Below are positions 1 to 9,891 of a DNA stretch of 64,000 bases, in pieces. Within the stretch, counting starts at the first letter, position 1. Each line of letters opens with the position of its first letter. Below the pieces are notes generated by a model. It was not told where the DNA came from. It searched no databases and saw only the letters and a program-made list of their open reading frames with translations. A program made the translations under genes and the position numbers. This stretch comes from an uncultured Gemmatimonadota bacterium (GTDB lineage: Bacteria; Gemmatimonadota; CAZMKB01; CAZNLH01): the NCBI GenBank assembly GCA_964577985.1, contig CAZOAR010000006.1, forward strand, positions 10,459 through 74,458, written 5' to 3'.

Positions 1-50
1 TGCCCACATCCGCCTGCTACGAAACCCGCCCTGTACGACCGGGTACCGCG

Positions 51-863
51 TTGCTCGGGTACAGGGGGTACCTTGGCTTCCTGATTATTGTAACATCTGA
101 AATCATGATGCTGTCCGGTGTCGAAACGGTCTCAGAGTGGTTCACTCCAATTGTCTGGACCGGATACATCCTCCTTATGGATCAAGTCAATTACTCCGTT
201 TCCGGGTGGTCGATGATCATGAACCGGAGGCACGAGTTTCTTCTCATGATGTTTACATCTATAGCCTGCTGGACCATCTTTGAGATATACAACCTCTACC
301 TGCAGAACTGGGAATATCTCAACCTTCCGAAGAACCTCTGGGTGCGGCAGATAGGTTATTGCGTGTCGTTCGCGACCGTTTTTCCGGGGGTGTTCGAGAC
401 CTTCTATTTTCTCGAAAATATCCAACTTTTCAAGGGAATGAAGAAGAGGAGCCCCTGGAGGCCCGGAATCTCGAACAGGGCGATGGAATGGACCGGCCTG
501 ACGCTTCTCACTGTCCCCATTTTTCTGCCGGACTCGATTTCAAGGTACTTCTTCGGACTCGTATGGGTCGGATTCTTTCTGCTTCTCGAGCCAATAAACT
601 TCCGCAACGGATTCAGATCGGTCCTTAAGGATTTCGAGGACGGAAACTACGCTACAATGTTGAATCTTCTTGTTGCCGGTGGGATATGCGGTTTTCTGTG
701 GGAGTTCTGGAATTTCTGGGCGACCACGAAGTGGGTTTACACCCTCCCCTTTCCGACGGGATTCAAAATATTCGAGATGCCGGCACTTGGCTTTCTCGGC
801 TTTTTTCCCTTTGCAATAGAGTGTTATTCAATGCACAATTTCTGCGCCATGCGGGAAGATTGA
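51..863 (+). CDS. Hypothetical polytopic membrane protein; the reading frame is open to the window start, so it is possibly 5'-partial
   Basis: 270-aa ORF with multiple hydrophobic segments, rich in Trp/Phe/Tyr. TTG start at 51 with no in-frame stop upstream. Convergent with gspD. No recognisable family motif. Confidence 0.35.
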   Translation: MLGYRGYLGFLIIVTSEIMMLSGVETVSEWFTPIVWTGYILLMDQVNYSVSGWSMIMNRRHEFLLMMFTSIACWTIFEIYNLYLQNWEYLNLPKNLWVRQIGYCVSFATVFPGVFETFYFLENIQLFKGMKKRSPWRPGISNRAMEWTGLTLLTVPIFLPDSISRYFFGLVWVGFFLLLEPINFRNGFRSVLKDFEDGNYATMLNLLVAGGICGFLWEFWNFWATTKWVYTLPFPTGFKIFEMPALGFLGFFPFAIECYSMHNFCAMRED

Positions 864-900
864 CCGGTCACCGCGCTATCCCTGCCAAACGCTTTGAGAA

Positions 901-2727
901 TCAAGGGTCAGGGGTCGCATCAGGCGGCTCCTCCTCCATCGCCTTTTTCTGGGCCTGAAACATCTCCATCTTCTCTGTCTGTTCCTCCGTGACGCGCAGT
1001 ACCTCCTCTGGTGTCGCCACAACGTGTGGTGTGAGTATCAGCAGCAACTCACGCTTGAGGATCCTTCTCTTGTGGCTCTTGAAGAGATAACCTACGATCG
1101 GTATGTCTTTGAGAAGTGGCACCCCGAACTCTGACACGGTCGTGTCGTGGGTCATCAGGCCCCCTACGATGACACTGTTGTTGTCCTTCACAACAACGGA
1201 GGTCTCGAGTTCTCTTTTCGTGATGACATTCGCGTTGAAAAGGACTGTCTGCGTGAGGTCGTTGACCGACTGTTTCATCCAGAGGGAGACAAAACGTTCG
1301 TTGTTGATATGTGGCTTGATATCGAGTTCGATCCCCACATCCCGAAATTCTATGGTGACGTCTATGACTCCGCCCTCAAGTGTTCTCTTGGACGATTCGA
1401 AGGGGACCTCCTGCCCCACTATTATCTTGGCCTCCTTATTGTTGGACGTCAGCACGGTGGGTGTGGAAAGAATATTCACATCGGCGACCGACGAAAGGGC
1501 TTTGAGAGCCATCGAAGCCTGGTCCGGCCTCAGGATTCCATAGATCACACCCAGCGGCTCTTTCACCTCCCTGAGTACCCCCAGCGAATCGGCGGTGAAG
1601 TTCCCGGTAACGCTTCCTCGCGCCCCGGTTATCCCCAGGTGATCCTTGTTTTGTCGAAAGAAGTATTCCAGACCATAGTCCGTCTGCTTGTCGAGGGAGA
1701 CCTCCGCGATCATTACCTCTATCAGCACCTGGAGCGGTACTGAATCGAGTTTTTCTATGGTAGGTTTCAGCAGTTCGAAGACCTGCCTCGAGGTTCGAAT
1801 TACAAGTGAATTCGTAGACCTGTCCGCGACGATAGTAAGGCCGCTGGCGCTCGTGCCGCCAAGACCCAGAGTGTCGGCGGGTGTACTCTGCTGCCGCCTG
1901 CTGCGCCCCTGTCTCCTCTTGTTCCCGGTATCCTGAAATAGCTTCGTGAGGACCCGGACCAGGGAATCCGCGCTGGAATTCTCCAGATTATACACGAAGA
2001 TCTGAGGCGTAGTCGCCCCCACCATAGGGATATCAATCTCTGATATTATCCGGAGCATCCTCTCGACATTCGTGGAATAGTCTGTGATAACGATTGTGTT
2101 GACCCTCTCAAACTCAATTATGCTTCCGCCCTGAGACAGGATATTCCGGAGTTGACCAGCCACCTCGTTCGAAGTGATGTACCTCAGAGGAATGACCTGC
2201 GTCACTACCTTATCTTCACCTTCTTTGAGCCCCTCGATAGAAAACCCGACGTTCGTCCGAACCCCGCGTCTGGATGCTTCGGCAAGCGGCAGCACCTTCA
2301 TCACGTTGCCTGACGGCACGACTGCCATGTTGTAAACATTCAGTATGGACTCCACGAAGCCAGGGAGTTCATCTATGGGGATTTCATGAGATGTCTTGAC
2401 CGTGATTGTGCCACGGACATCTCTCCCCATCACATAATTCAACCCGACCAACTCGCTGATATTGCTCAACAACGTCGCCACGTCGACGTCCTCGAAGTTC
2501 AGAAACACATATTTCCCGTCCCTGACCCTGACTTCCTTCTCCCCGTCGGCATTCTCCTCATCCTGCTCCTCGGAAGGCGAACTGAAGGACCCCTCCAGGC
2601 CGAAATCTTCTAACATCTTTTCACGTTCGGGGGCGCTTCGTTCTTTTCTTTCCTGACCCCATATAGTCTGAGGCACGATGATCATCACGCAGACCAGGAA
2701 GCTTGCGACGCGTATAAATGTTTTCAT
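901..2727 (-). CDS. gspD: Type II secretion system secretin GspD (PilQ-like)
   Basis: N-terminal signal peptide. C-terminal secretin-domain signature (NNKEAKIIVGQEVPF ... LLKDIPIVGYLFKSHKRR ... LILTPHVV). Last gene of the gsp operon; start overlaps the gspC-like stop. Confidence 0.85.
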   Translation of the reverse strand: MKTFIRVASFLVCVMIIVPQTIWGQERKERSAPEREKMLEDFGLEGSFSSPSEEQDEENADGEKEVRVRDGKYVFLNFEDVDVATLLSNISELVGLNYVMGRDVRGTITVKTSHEIPIDELPGFVESILNVYNMAVVPSGNVMKVLPLAEASRRGVRTNVGFSIEGLKEGEDKVVTQVIPLRYITSNEVAGQLRNILSQGGSIIEFERVNTIVITDYSTNVERMLRIISEIDIPMVGATTPQIFVYNLENSSADSLVRVLTKLFQDTGNKRRQGRSRRQQSTPADTLGLGGTSASGLTIVADRSTNSLVIRTSRQVFELLKPTIEKLDSVPLQVLIEVMIAEVSLDKQTDYGLEYFFRQNKDHLGITGARGSVTGNFTADSLGVLREVKEPLGVIYGILRPDQASMALKALSSVADVNILSTPTVLTSNNKEAKIIVGQEVPFESSKRTLEGGVIDVTIEFRDVGIELDIKPHINNERFVSLWMKQSVNDLTQTVLFNANVITKRELETSVVVKDNNSVIVGGLMTHDTTVSEFGVPLLKDIPIVGYLFKSHKRRILKRELLLILTPHVVATPEEVLRVTEEQTEKMEMFQAQKKAMEEEPPDATPDP

Positions 2728-3344
2728 TGGCCCTTCCGTTTCTTTGAAGTCCAGGATTGTTGGCCACTGCTTTGTACTCCAGGCTTTGGCGTTCTTCTTT
2801 CAATCTTCTTCGAATTCACTGGTGTGTTTGCCTTCTTCTCAGCCTCACGTGGTTGAAGGAGAAGGATTATATCCCTGCCGTTCTTCGACAGGATGATCCT
2901 GTCATACAGTATCTCCCGCAATTCCATTCCACCGACATCATCACCCAGGCGATACGACTTGGTCTCGCCTCGCATGCCGCCCTTTCTGACGAGAGCAAAG
3001 CTCCTGTCTTCGTCGGAGAGCACGGTGCCTGTCAACTCAAACCCTTCGAACGATACAGTTCCCCCTTCGTCATCCCGGGACACCGTCTTTGTCCTTCCCT
3101 CGGGGGGCGTTCTGTCGGACGAAAAAAGGTTCTTCTCCACAATGCTGTCATAACTAAGACCGTCCAGTTCTCCGGAATCACTCGAAACCAGTGTCGGGAA
3201 CTCGATCAATTCTTCAGGGGGCCCGGCGTTTCCTTCCTCCGGCGGGTCAATTGTCCTGAAGACCTGGTAGAGCAATGACAGGGCGAGCATAGCAGAGAAA
3301 AGAACGAGCGCAGCGTTTATGTCACGCAAGCGGTGGACGTTCAT
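2724..3344 (-). CDS. gspC: GspC/PilP-like secretin-interacting protein (HR domain only, no PDZ)
   Basis: N-terminal TM helix followed by a beta-rich segment (LTGTVLSDEDRSFALVRKGGMRGETKSYRLGDDVGG ... IILLL) resembling the PilP/GspC HR domain. Sits between gspM-like and gspD, coupled to both. Confidence 0.45.
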   Translation of the reverse strand: MNVHRLRDINAALVLFSAMLALSLLYQVFRTIDPPEEGNAGPPEELIEFPTLVSSDSGELDGLSYDSIVEKNLFSSDRTPPEGRTKTVSRDDEGGTVSFEGFELTGTVLSDEDRSFALVRKGGMRGETKSYRLGDDVGGMELREILYDRIILSKNGRDIILLLQPREAEKKANTPVNSKKIERRTPKPGVQSSGQQSWTSKKRKGQ

Positions 3345-3964
3345 TGACCACCTCCATCCGAGAGCTCGTTTCCTTCAATAAACCCGGATATCGTCGCGGT
3401 GATCCGCAAGTCGTTGGATTCAGGCCTGTTCCTCTCCGAGAATCGGCCTTTACGGTAAGACCTTCTCATGCTACTGGGGGCGTTTACTTCAAGGTTTTGC
3501 ACAAAAAGCAGGTTGGAGTCTTCCTCCATCTTCATCAGAAAGTCGTGCAGTCCGGCAATATCGCAACTCATATTCAACTGAATCGATATCCGCTGGTGGT
3601 CGTCTATCACCACGGGCTGGTTCACATTTTCCCTCGTAATCGAAACCCCGGCTACATCGGCATACCCTCGGATCTTGTTGGACAATTCGGCCGCGGCGAG
3701 CGAAGATGTGTTTCCTGAAAGCAGAAGTCTGGAAACCGCCAGCATATCTCCCCGTCTCTCCTGGAGTCCCTTCTGGTACGCGGTCTCGTCCGACAGGATG
3801 GACTTATATTCCTGCAGAAGGCGATATGAGGAATCAAGCTTCTCGTCGAGCTCGGCCTTTGAACTGAAAAACGGCCCTACCAGCACGAGATAGACGGCAA
3901 CAAGCACCAGAAAACAACCGGCGCCAATCACCATCTTTCTCTCCCTGCTATTCAATGTCATCAT
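3341..3964 (-). CDS. gspM: GspM/PilO-like inner-membrane assembly protein
   Basis: Single TM (VIGAGCFLVLVAVYLVLVGPFF) then a coiled-coil periplasmic region. Operon position after gspL. The ORF track extends to 4027, but the start at MMTLNS avoids an 80-nt overlap with gspL. Confidence 0.5.
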   Translation of the reverse strand: MMTLNSRERKMVIGAGCFLVLVAVYLVLVGPFFSSKAELDEKLDSSYRLLQEYKSILSDETAYQKGLQERRGDMLAVSRLLLSGNTSSLAAAELSNKIRGYADVAGVSITRENVNQPVVIDDHQRISIQLNMSCDIAGLHDFLMKMEEDSNLLFVQNLEVNAPSSMRRSYRKGRFSERNRPESNDLRITATISGFIEGNELSDGGGQ

Positions 3965-5405
3965 CGTCGTTACCTGACCAGTCAACATCCGCAGTGATCC
4001 GAAAGGTTTCCACTTCTTCTCCGCCAAGATCGCGCGTGGTAGTCGGAGCCTCGAACTTCACATTCTTAAGGTATAGAGAGTTCTCGAGGAGCGGGATCAG
4101 AGTTGCGGCGCTCGACGCCTGTCCACTTATCCGCAACGGTTCACCCTGCTTCATCTCGAGCAACGTGAGCCAGGCATCTTCCGGAATTGCCTCGCTCAGG
4201 TTTTTCAGGATAACAAGCCAGTGTGGCTTGTCGGCCTGCAGATCATTCAGTGTATCTACTCGCCTTGCGAGGTCCTCGTACTCCCTCTTCAATTCCCTCG
4301 CCGCAGTCACCCGGCCTTCGATTGAGGCGAGCCCGAGCTGAACATCCTCGAGACGAGCTTCATCGCGCCAGACGGACGCTACGGAAAACGCAAAAGAGAG
4401 AAAGATGATCGCGAGTGCCAGTACTCCCGTGCGCACAAGTTCGTCTTTCTTGCGCTTCTTTTTGACTCTTCCCGGTTGCATATCCATCTTATGTATTGAA
4501 GCCTGATAACCGGAAAGGGCCAGCCCAAGCGCGTGAGATAGTTTTTCTTCTTCAAAACCCTCCGGGATTTCAACACCAGCGTCCTTCGCCTCGACTCTTT
4601 CGGACTTGATGTTGAAAGATCGTTCAAGATCAGGCACGAGTTTGCTCAGCCAGGCGCTGGAACCGGAATAGAAAATGGTATCAACCTTCCCGGCCCCTCT
4701 TGTCACTTCACTGTGGAATCCAATGACCCTCTCGATTTCGATCAGAATCTTTTCGGACTTCATCCCCTCCTTCTTGAAAGAGACCGTCCTGCAGGCCAGT
4801 GGATATCCGCCTGACACCAGCTCCATGGACGCACCCCACTCATCGATATTCAACAGGATGAACGTTCCACCGAGCTGTTTTTCTCTCCTGACGAGAAGAT
4901 TGCACAGTGCCATCTCTCTCATGTCGATCCTCAGCAACTCGAGTCCCGTGCCTTTGGCGATCGACATGATCTCTTCGATGTGGGTAGTGTGGGCTCCTGC
5001 CATTATAACATCCCGGCCCCCATTTCCGCCCCTGCCTATCTCCTGGTAGTCAAAAACGAGATGGTCGCCGCGGATCGGGAACATGCGTTCAGCCTGATTC
5101 TCCACCATAGGCTTCAGTTTATCCGAAGCCACCGGAGGAAGCGACACGCGTCGAAAAAAGTACCTGTCTCTCGAAAGCCCGAAGACGACTTTCTTTGACT
5201 TGATCTTGCCGGAATCGATCAATTCCCTTATCTTTAGCACAAGCATCTCACGCTCAGAGGCAGAGAGATTCTTATCCTCCGTGGAAAGTCCCAGCACACC
5301 ACACCCGCTTACTATTAGTCCTCGCACTCCTCGAGACAGTTCGACGAAGCGCAACTCTCCACCGGTGATATCGATTCCGACGACCGATCTGTAAGATATT
5401 ATCAA
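3948..5405 (-). CDS. gspL: GspL-like protein (PilM-like actin-fold cytoplasmic domain + TM + PilN-like periplasmic domain)
   Basis: N-terminus VVGIDITGGELRFVEL typical of PilM/GspL actin-like domain. Central TM (VLALAIIFLSFAFSVASVW). Coiled-coil C-terminus. ATGA overlap with gspK. Confidence 0.7.
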   Translation of the reverse strand: MIISYRSVVGIDITGGELRFVELSRGVRGLIVSGCGVLGLSTEDKNLSASEREMLVLKIRELIDSGKIKSKKVVFGLSRDRYFFRRVSLPPVASDKLKPMVENQAERMFPIRGDHLVFDYQEIGRGGNGGRDVIMAGAHTTHIEEIMSIAKGTGLELLRIDMREMALCNLLVRREKQLGGTFILLNIDEWGASMELVSGGYPLACRTVSFKKEGMKSEKILIEIERVIGFHSEVTRGAGKVDTIFYSGSSAWLSKLVPDLERSFNIKSERVEAKDAGVEIPEGFEEEKLSHALGLALSGYQASIHKMDMQPGRVKKKRKKDELVRTGVLALAIIFLSFAFSVASVWRDEARLEDVQLGLASIEGRVTAARELKREYEDLARRVDTLNDLQADKPHWLVILKNLSEAIPEDAWLTLLEMKQGEPLRISGQASSAATLIPLLENSLYLKNVKFEAPTTTRDLGGEEVETFRITADVDWSGNDDDDIE

Positions 5406-6448
5406 CTTATCACCCCATCCTCCGGGCCCAGTTCCCGCCAGGATAGAATTCTGAGACTGACCCTGGAGCCAAGAATCGTTCTGTATACAACAGCCTCGAT
5501 GCGTTTCTCCACGTTGCTTCCGTCGATCCGCCCGATCGACACGATCCTGAAGTGATACGACTTCGTGTCAATCGTCCTGTTCAGGACCGGGTAATCCTGA
5601 GACGTCTTATCCGTCGGATTCGACTGGCGAATGTATTGCATGAACTCCCCCTTACTCATGGGGGTGTAGTCGATATCTTCCCGACCTTTCGTGATGAACA
5701 TCGCGGACTGTTCATCGATGCCGGGCAGGGCCTCCAGGACATATTCATCGGCGGTATTGATATTTACCTTCCCTCTCCCAAAAACCGTTACACGGGAAGC
5801 CAGATCAGTATTATCTCCATCTCTCTTCTCTCCGTACATCAATTCCTCGTCTATTCCCCTCACAAGCAGCAGTTCCTCGATAGCAAGGAAATTCGAGTTC
5901 TTGCTCCTGTATGGTGGCTCGAGGGACATATAGTAATCGTCCTCGGCGCCATTCAGCATGATAACATCGTCGCCGTCCCGCCAGTCTATAATCGCATCCG
6001 AGATGGAATCCGAGGCTGCAGGACTCGACCCTGTACCCTTCAGCAATCCGCGTATCACATCCCGCGACGCCAGGTTGATGTTAATCCTGCTCTCCTCATC
6101 CGTGACGGAAACGTGGTAGCTCCCATCACCAAGTGCAACATTGGCGATATCAGAAAAGTAGTCAGAAAGAAAGCGTTGATCGACGTTTATTCCATCTTTC
6201 GCAGGATGACTCAGGAGCGCCAGAGCGTGATTAACACCCGCCATTGCCAGGAGTTGAGCCTTTTCGTTATCCTTGAAATTTCTAACAATGTATGCTTCTT
6301 CCCGGATTCCCCTTGAAAAATAGGTCGCCGTGACGCCGAGGACAATAATAATCCACAAGGTTATGATCAAGGCTATTCCTCTCTCGTTCGCCACGGATGT
6401 GCTCCTGGTCGGGAATCCCTCTTCTCCTCCGGTAACGAAGCTTATCAT
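5402..6448 (-). CDS. gspK: Minor pseudopilin GspK
   Basis: ERGIALIITLWIIIVLGV hydrophobic N-terminus without Glu5 (the GspK hallmark). Large periplasmic domain. Probable true start at MISFV (the ORF track starts earlier, at 6586). Confidence 0.7.
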   Translation of the reverse strand: MISFVTGGEEGFPTRSTSVANERGIALIITLWIIIVLGVTATYFSRGIREEAYIVRNFKDNEKAQLLAMAGVNHALALLSHPAKDGINVDQRFLSDYFSDIANVALGDGSYHVSVTDEESRININLASRDVIRGLLKGTGSSPAASDSISDAIIDWRDGDDVIMLNGAEDDYYMSLEPPYRSKNSNFLAIEELLLVRGIDEELMYGEKRDGDNTDLASRVTVFGRGKVNINTADEYVLEALPGIDEQSAMFITKGREDIDYTPMSKGEFMQYIRQSNPTDKTSQDYPVLNRTIDTKSYHFRIVSIGRIDGSNVEKRIEAVVYRTILGSRVSLRILSWRELGPEDGVIS

Positions 6449-7158
6449 TTCACCGGCCTCTCCGGAAGGTACAGGAGCAGTGGCAGTCGCGAAACCTGGA
6501 GGGCTGATCCATCCTCCTCTATCCAGCTCATCGTGATCTCTATGGCTTCGGGCAGTTCGCTTTCTGAGTCCCATTCGTCTTGCCACATCGATTCGTCGTT
6601 TTCATCGGTATGCAGATAGCTGATATCCATCCCCTCCAGCCCCACCGCCAGTTGCGTAGTATCCGCCTTCCAGGGTCCATAAAGCGGTCTTCGGGTCATC
6701 AGGAGATCAAGGTTGTCGCCCGCATCATCCTGAGAAAGGCCTATCCAGACAAGAGACAGGATCCTTGAGCCGTCCGGATAGCGCGTGAAATTGTTAAACG
6801 TCAGGCTGTCAAACGGTTTTCCCTGCCTTATCGCGTCTTCTCCTCTGAAGGCGATTCTCTTTTCCTCCTCCACACCGGGCGTCCTGCCCCCTGGTCTGCC
6901 GAAAAACTCGTCACCCAGGAACACGGTCCAATCGCTACTGCTGGGTTTAAGATAGGAGGAGGTCAATTCCCTTGAGATCAACTCACGTGAGATCCTTATC
7001 CTCTGAAAGGTGTCTCCTTTCCTGCGACTGCTGTCCACGCTCCGCAGTCCAACGCTCAGACTCCCGTATAGTACACTGACAATAAGCCCCAGTATGGTCA
7101 TCGAGACAATCAGCTCAATAAGCGTGAAACCGGTTCGCGGGAAATCCTCTCTCAGCAT
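6445..7158 (-). CDS. gspJ: Minor pseudopilin GspJ
   Basis: Prepilin motif RTG|FTLIELIVSMTILGL. Probable start at MLREDFPRTG (the ORF track starts at 7254 with an implausibly long leader). Confidence 0.7.
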   Translation of the reverse strand: MLREDFPRTGFTLIELIVSMTILGLIVSVLYGSLSVGLRSVDSSRRKGDTFQRIRISRELISRELTSSYLKPSSSDWTVFLGDEFFGRPGGRTPGVEEEKRIAFRGEDAIRQGKPFDSLTFNNFTRYPDGSRILSLVWIGLSQDDAGDNLDLLMTRRPLYGPWKADTTQLAVGLEGMDISYLHTDENDESMWQDEWDSESELPEAIEITMSWIEEDGSALQVSRLPLLLYLPERPVK

Positions 7159-7183
7159 CTCCTCGACATGAAGGAGAGCAGGG

Positions 7184-7612
7184 TCAGAAGAAAAGCCCTT
7201 TTCGCCTTTCTCCGTAGTTATAGAGACGCGTCGCCAATTCAATCTCTTTTTCAAGTAATCCCTCTCTCCACTTTACCGAGACCCGGAGCTCCCTCAGGTT
7301 GTCATCGTCGGTGGGTGTCACATCTGAGACCCAGGCATAGCCTTCGTGCGGGTCCTCAAACGTGCCTTCCCTCTGACCGAGCGCGGGAAACCCCTCTATT
7401 TCTATCTGATTGATCTTCCACTCCGCGAGAAGAACGGCCTCCGTATTCTTGTGGACGTCATGTCCCAGGGCGGTTCCGGCTGAGATGACCTCGAGAACAA
7501 CAGTGAGGCCAAGCCCGAGAATAGTGATGGCCACCATCAACTCGATGAGCGTAAAGCCAACGGGATATGCGTAATTCTGCCCTCTGCGATCAGGAACCCC
7601 CTTACTCAACAT
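7184..7612 (-). CDS. gspI: Minor pseudopilin GspI
   Basis: Prepilin motif PVG|FTLIELMVAITILGLGL; small 142-aa protein. Confidence 0.7.
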   Translation of the reverse strand: MLSKGVPDRRGQNYAYPVGFTLIELMVAITILGLGLTVVLEVISAGTALGHDVHKNTEAVLLAEWKINQIEIEGFPALGQREGTFEDPHEGYAWVSDVTPTDDDNLRELRVSVKWREGLLEKEIELATRLYNYGERRKGLFF

Positions 7613-8078
7613 ACACCCCTCCAGTCACGCCCCGGATCTCGACAGTCATGATTGCCCCCCCATCATCTTCAAGAATGATCCTTCCCTCCGTGGCGTTTCC
7701 GAGCGGATAAAACACGATGGCATCCTCTGTGGGACCGGTATCAATCTCGAGTGTCAAGCTGATCGTTTCCGGAACCACCACTGAAGACATGAACGCTTCA
7801 CTCTGCTGACCCTCCACGCAGGCAACCCACCCTTCTTCTTCATCGACGTCCACAGCGACCGGAACATTCCTGAGGACTGATAGTTCGCGGGCGTTTCTCA
7901 AGTACGTAGCTACTCTCTTTGAGAATTTCGACAATTCCCCTCCACCAAGCACTCCCCCGAATCGCGGTACTGTTACTCCCAGCATTATTCCCATTATCAC
8001 CAGGACCACGACCAGCTCCAGCAGCGTAAAACCTCTCCGCGCATCATCACCGGAGCATGCAGACTCGCATTTTCTCAA
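7602..8078 (-). CDS. gspH: Minor pseudopilin GspH
   Basis: Prepilin motif RRG|FTLLELVVVLVIMGI. The ORF track extends to 8201 with a 48-aa leader overlapping gspG. An in-frame TTG at 8078 preceded by GGAG is the more plausible start. Confidence 0.6.
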   Translation of the reverse strand: MRKCESACSGDDARRGFTLLELVVVLVIMGIMLGVTVPRFGGVLGGGELSKFSKRVATYLRNARELSVLRNVPVAVDVDEEEGWVACVEGQQSEAFMSSVVVPETISLTLEIDTGPTEDAIVFYPLGNATEGRIILEDDGGAIMTVEIRGVTGGVYVE

Positions 8079-8124
8079 CTCGTTGCTCCCGCTGTTGTTC
8101 CTGCGAACGGGCGACAGTAGCAGA

Positions 8125-8610
8125 TCACTCCCAGCTGAAGAGGTCCTGATCCTCATCCTCTCCGCCCCGTTCACCATCTCTCCCCAGCGTATACAGATCA
8201 TACCCGGAAGGATTCACTTCTCCGGGGCTGACATAGTAATAGGGGCGGTCCCACGGATCACTCGGGACCTCTATCTTCTTCAGATAAGGACCATCCCAGT
8301 TCTTTGGAAACGGTGAAAAATCGGGTTCACTGACCAGCGCCTCCAGCCCCTGTTCGGAGGTCGGGTAATAGTCATTGTCAAGGCGATAGTTATCCAGTGC
8401 GAGCCCGAGAAGTTCGATCTGGGCCTTCGCCGCGTTCGTTTTGGCCTTTCCGACGTTTCTGAAGAGCCTTGGGCCCACCAGGCCTGCGAGGACAGCAATG
8501 ATGACAACCACAACGATCATCTCGATGAGGGTAAACGCGGCAGTGGACCTGCCTGGAGCGTCTCTTTCCAACCGTCCGATCAATTTCTTCATAAGGCTCT
8601 TCCTCTCCAC
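8125..8610 (-). CDS. gspG: Major pseudopilin GspG
   Basis: Strong GspG signature (FTLIEMIVVVVIIAVLAGLVGPRLF ... YRLDNDYYPTSEQGLEALV ... DPWDRPYYY). Unusually has Ala rather than Gly at position -1 of the prepilin cleavage site (STAA|FTLIE). Confidence 0.85.
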   Translation of the reverse strand: MERKSLMKKLIGRLERDAPGRSTAAFTLIEMIVVVVIIAVLAGLVGPRLFRNVGKAKTNAAKAQIELLGLALDNYRLDNDYYPTSEQGLEALVSEPDFSPFPKNWDGPYLKKIEVPSDPWDRPYYYVSPGEVNPSGYDLYTLGRDGERGGEDEDQDLFSWE

Positions 8611-8654
8611 AACATGGTTAGACCTCTATCTCTGCGATTACGTGAGCAGAGTTA

Positions 8655-9881
8655 TCAGAATGGAAGCTCATTCAAACTGGTTATAGCCATAAGCAACGAC
8701 AGCACTACAAAACCGACAATACCACCAAAGAGAAGTATCATAGCGGGTTCTATCAAGGTGATCATGCTCTTGATTGCCACACTCGCCTCATTTTCATAAG
8801 CGTCAGCGACCTTGAGCAGCATCGGGCTCAGGTTGCCTGTTTCCTCACCGACGGAGATCATGTGTATCGCCATGGAAGGGAACACGTTTCGCTCTTCCAG
8901 CGGCGGCGCTATGCTCTCGCCCTCCTTGAGGCTGTTGTGAACCTCCTGGATGGCATTAGCGAAGATCTGGTTTTGAAATGTCTCCTTCGCCACGAGGAGG
9001 GCCTGAAGGATTGGCACTCCGCTGTCGATCAGTGTCCCGAGGGTCCTGCTGAATCTCGACACCGCGATTTTTTTGTTCAGGTCTCCGACCAGTGGAGCGG
9101 TGATCTTAAAACTGTCCCACTTGAATCGTCCCCGCTCTGTTCCGACATAGCCTCTTACGCTCAACGCCACAAGAGAAACAAATATGAGGAGCAGCCACCA
9201 GTAAGAAGTTATGAAACCGCTGATTGAGAGGAGAATTGAGGTGCTGAGAGGCAACGACTGACCCAGGTCCTCAAAGATGCCGGTGAATCGAGGCAAAACG
9301 AAGGTCAGGAGCACAAGGACCGCCGTCCCCCCTACGACGGTAAGCAATATGGGGTATATCATAGCGGACTTGACCTGTGTCCGTAGACGCTGTTCCTCTT
9401 CTATGTAGTCGGCCAGACGCCTGAACGCAACCTCGAGGAACCCACCAAACTCCCCTGCGGAGACTACACTGACATAGAGCTGTGAAAAATAGTGAGGATA
9501 GTCCGCCATACTATCCGCCAGTGATTTGCCCGCCTGAACATTGCTTCGTATCTTTCTGAGAACCTCCTTGAAACTGGCGTCCTGGACTATGTTGAGGACT
9601 ATTGCAAGTGCCCTGTCGAGAGGCACTCCTGAGTCGAGCATAGTTGCGAGCTGAACCGTGAATGGCACGACAAACCTGGTCTTTCCCCTCAGTCTCGCCA
9701 CAATTTCGCTGATATCTATATCAGCGAGCGACTTTTGTGTCTCCGCCTCTTCTGTAACGCTTATCGGATAGAGATCTATCTGACGGAGATGGTCAACTAC
9801 CGCAACGGAGGTCCGGGCCTCCATGTCACCCGTGAGGAGATTTCCCTCCCTGTCTGACGCTTCATACCTGAAACTCGGCAT
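8655..9881 (-). CDS. gspF: T2SS inner-membrane platform protein GspF
   Basis: 408 aa with two GspF-type repeats and three TM segments; conserved position after gspE. Confidence 0.85.
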   Translation of the reverse strand: MPSFRYEASDREGNLLTGDMEARTSVAVVDHLRQIDLYPISVTEEAETQKSLADIDISEIVARLRGKTRFVVPFTVQLATMLDSGVPLDRALAIVLNIVQDASFKEVLRKIRSNVQAGKSLADSMADYPHYFSQLYVSVVSAGEFGGFLEVAFRRLADYIEEEQRLRTQVKSAMIYPILLTVVGGTAVLVLLTFVLPRFTGIFEDLGQSLPLSTSILLSISGFITSYWWLLLIFVSLVALSVRGYVGTERGRFKWDSFKITAPLVGDLNKKIAVSRFSRTLGTLIDSGVPILQALLVAKETFQNQIFANAIQEVHNSLKEGESIAPPLEERNVFPSMAIHMISVGEETGNLSPMLLKVADAYENEASVAIKSMITLIEPAMILLFGGIVGFVVLSLLMAITSLNELPF

Positions 9882-9891
9882 CTATCGCCTG

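Noticed and set aside
851-874. Palindrome GCGG-gaagat-TGACCGGTCA-CCGC between the convergent membrane-protein and gspD genes; possible bidirectional terminator
   Set aside because: No U-tract on either strand, and the inner 10-bp palindrome leaves almost no loop. It is too weak to call, and it overlaps the stop codon of the 51-863 ORF.
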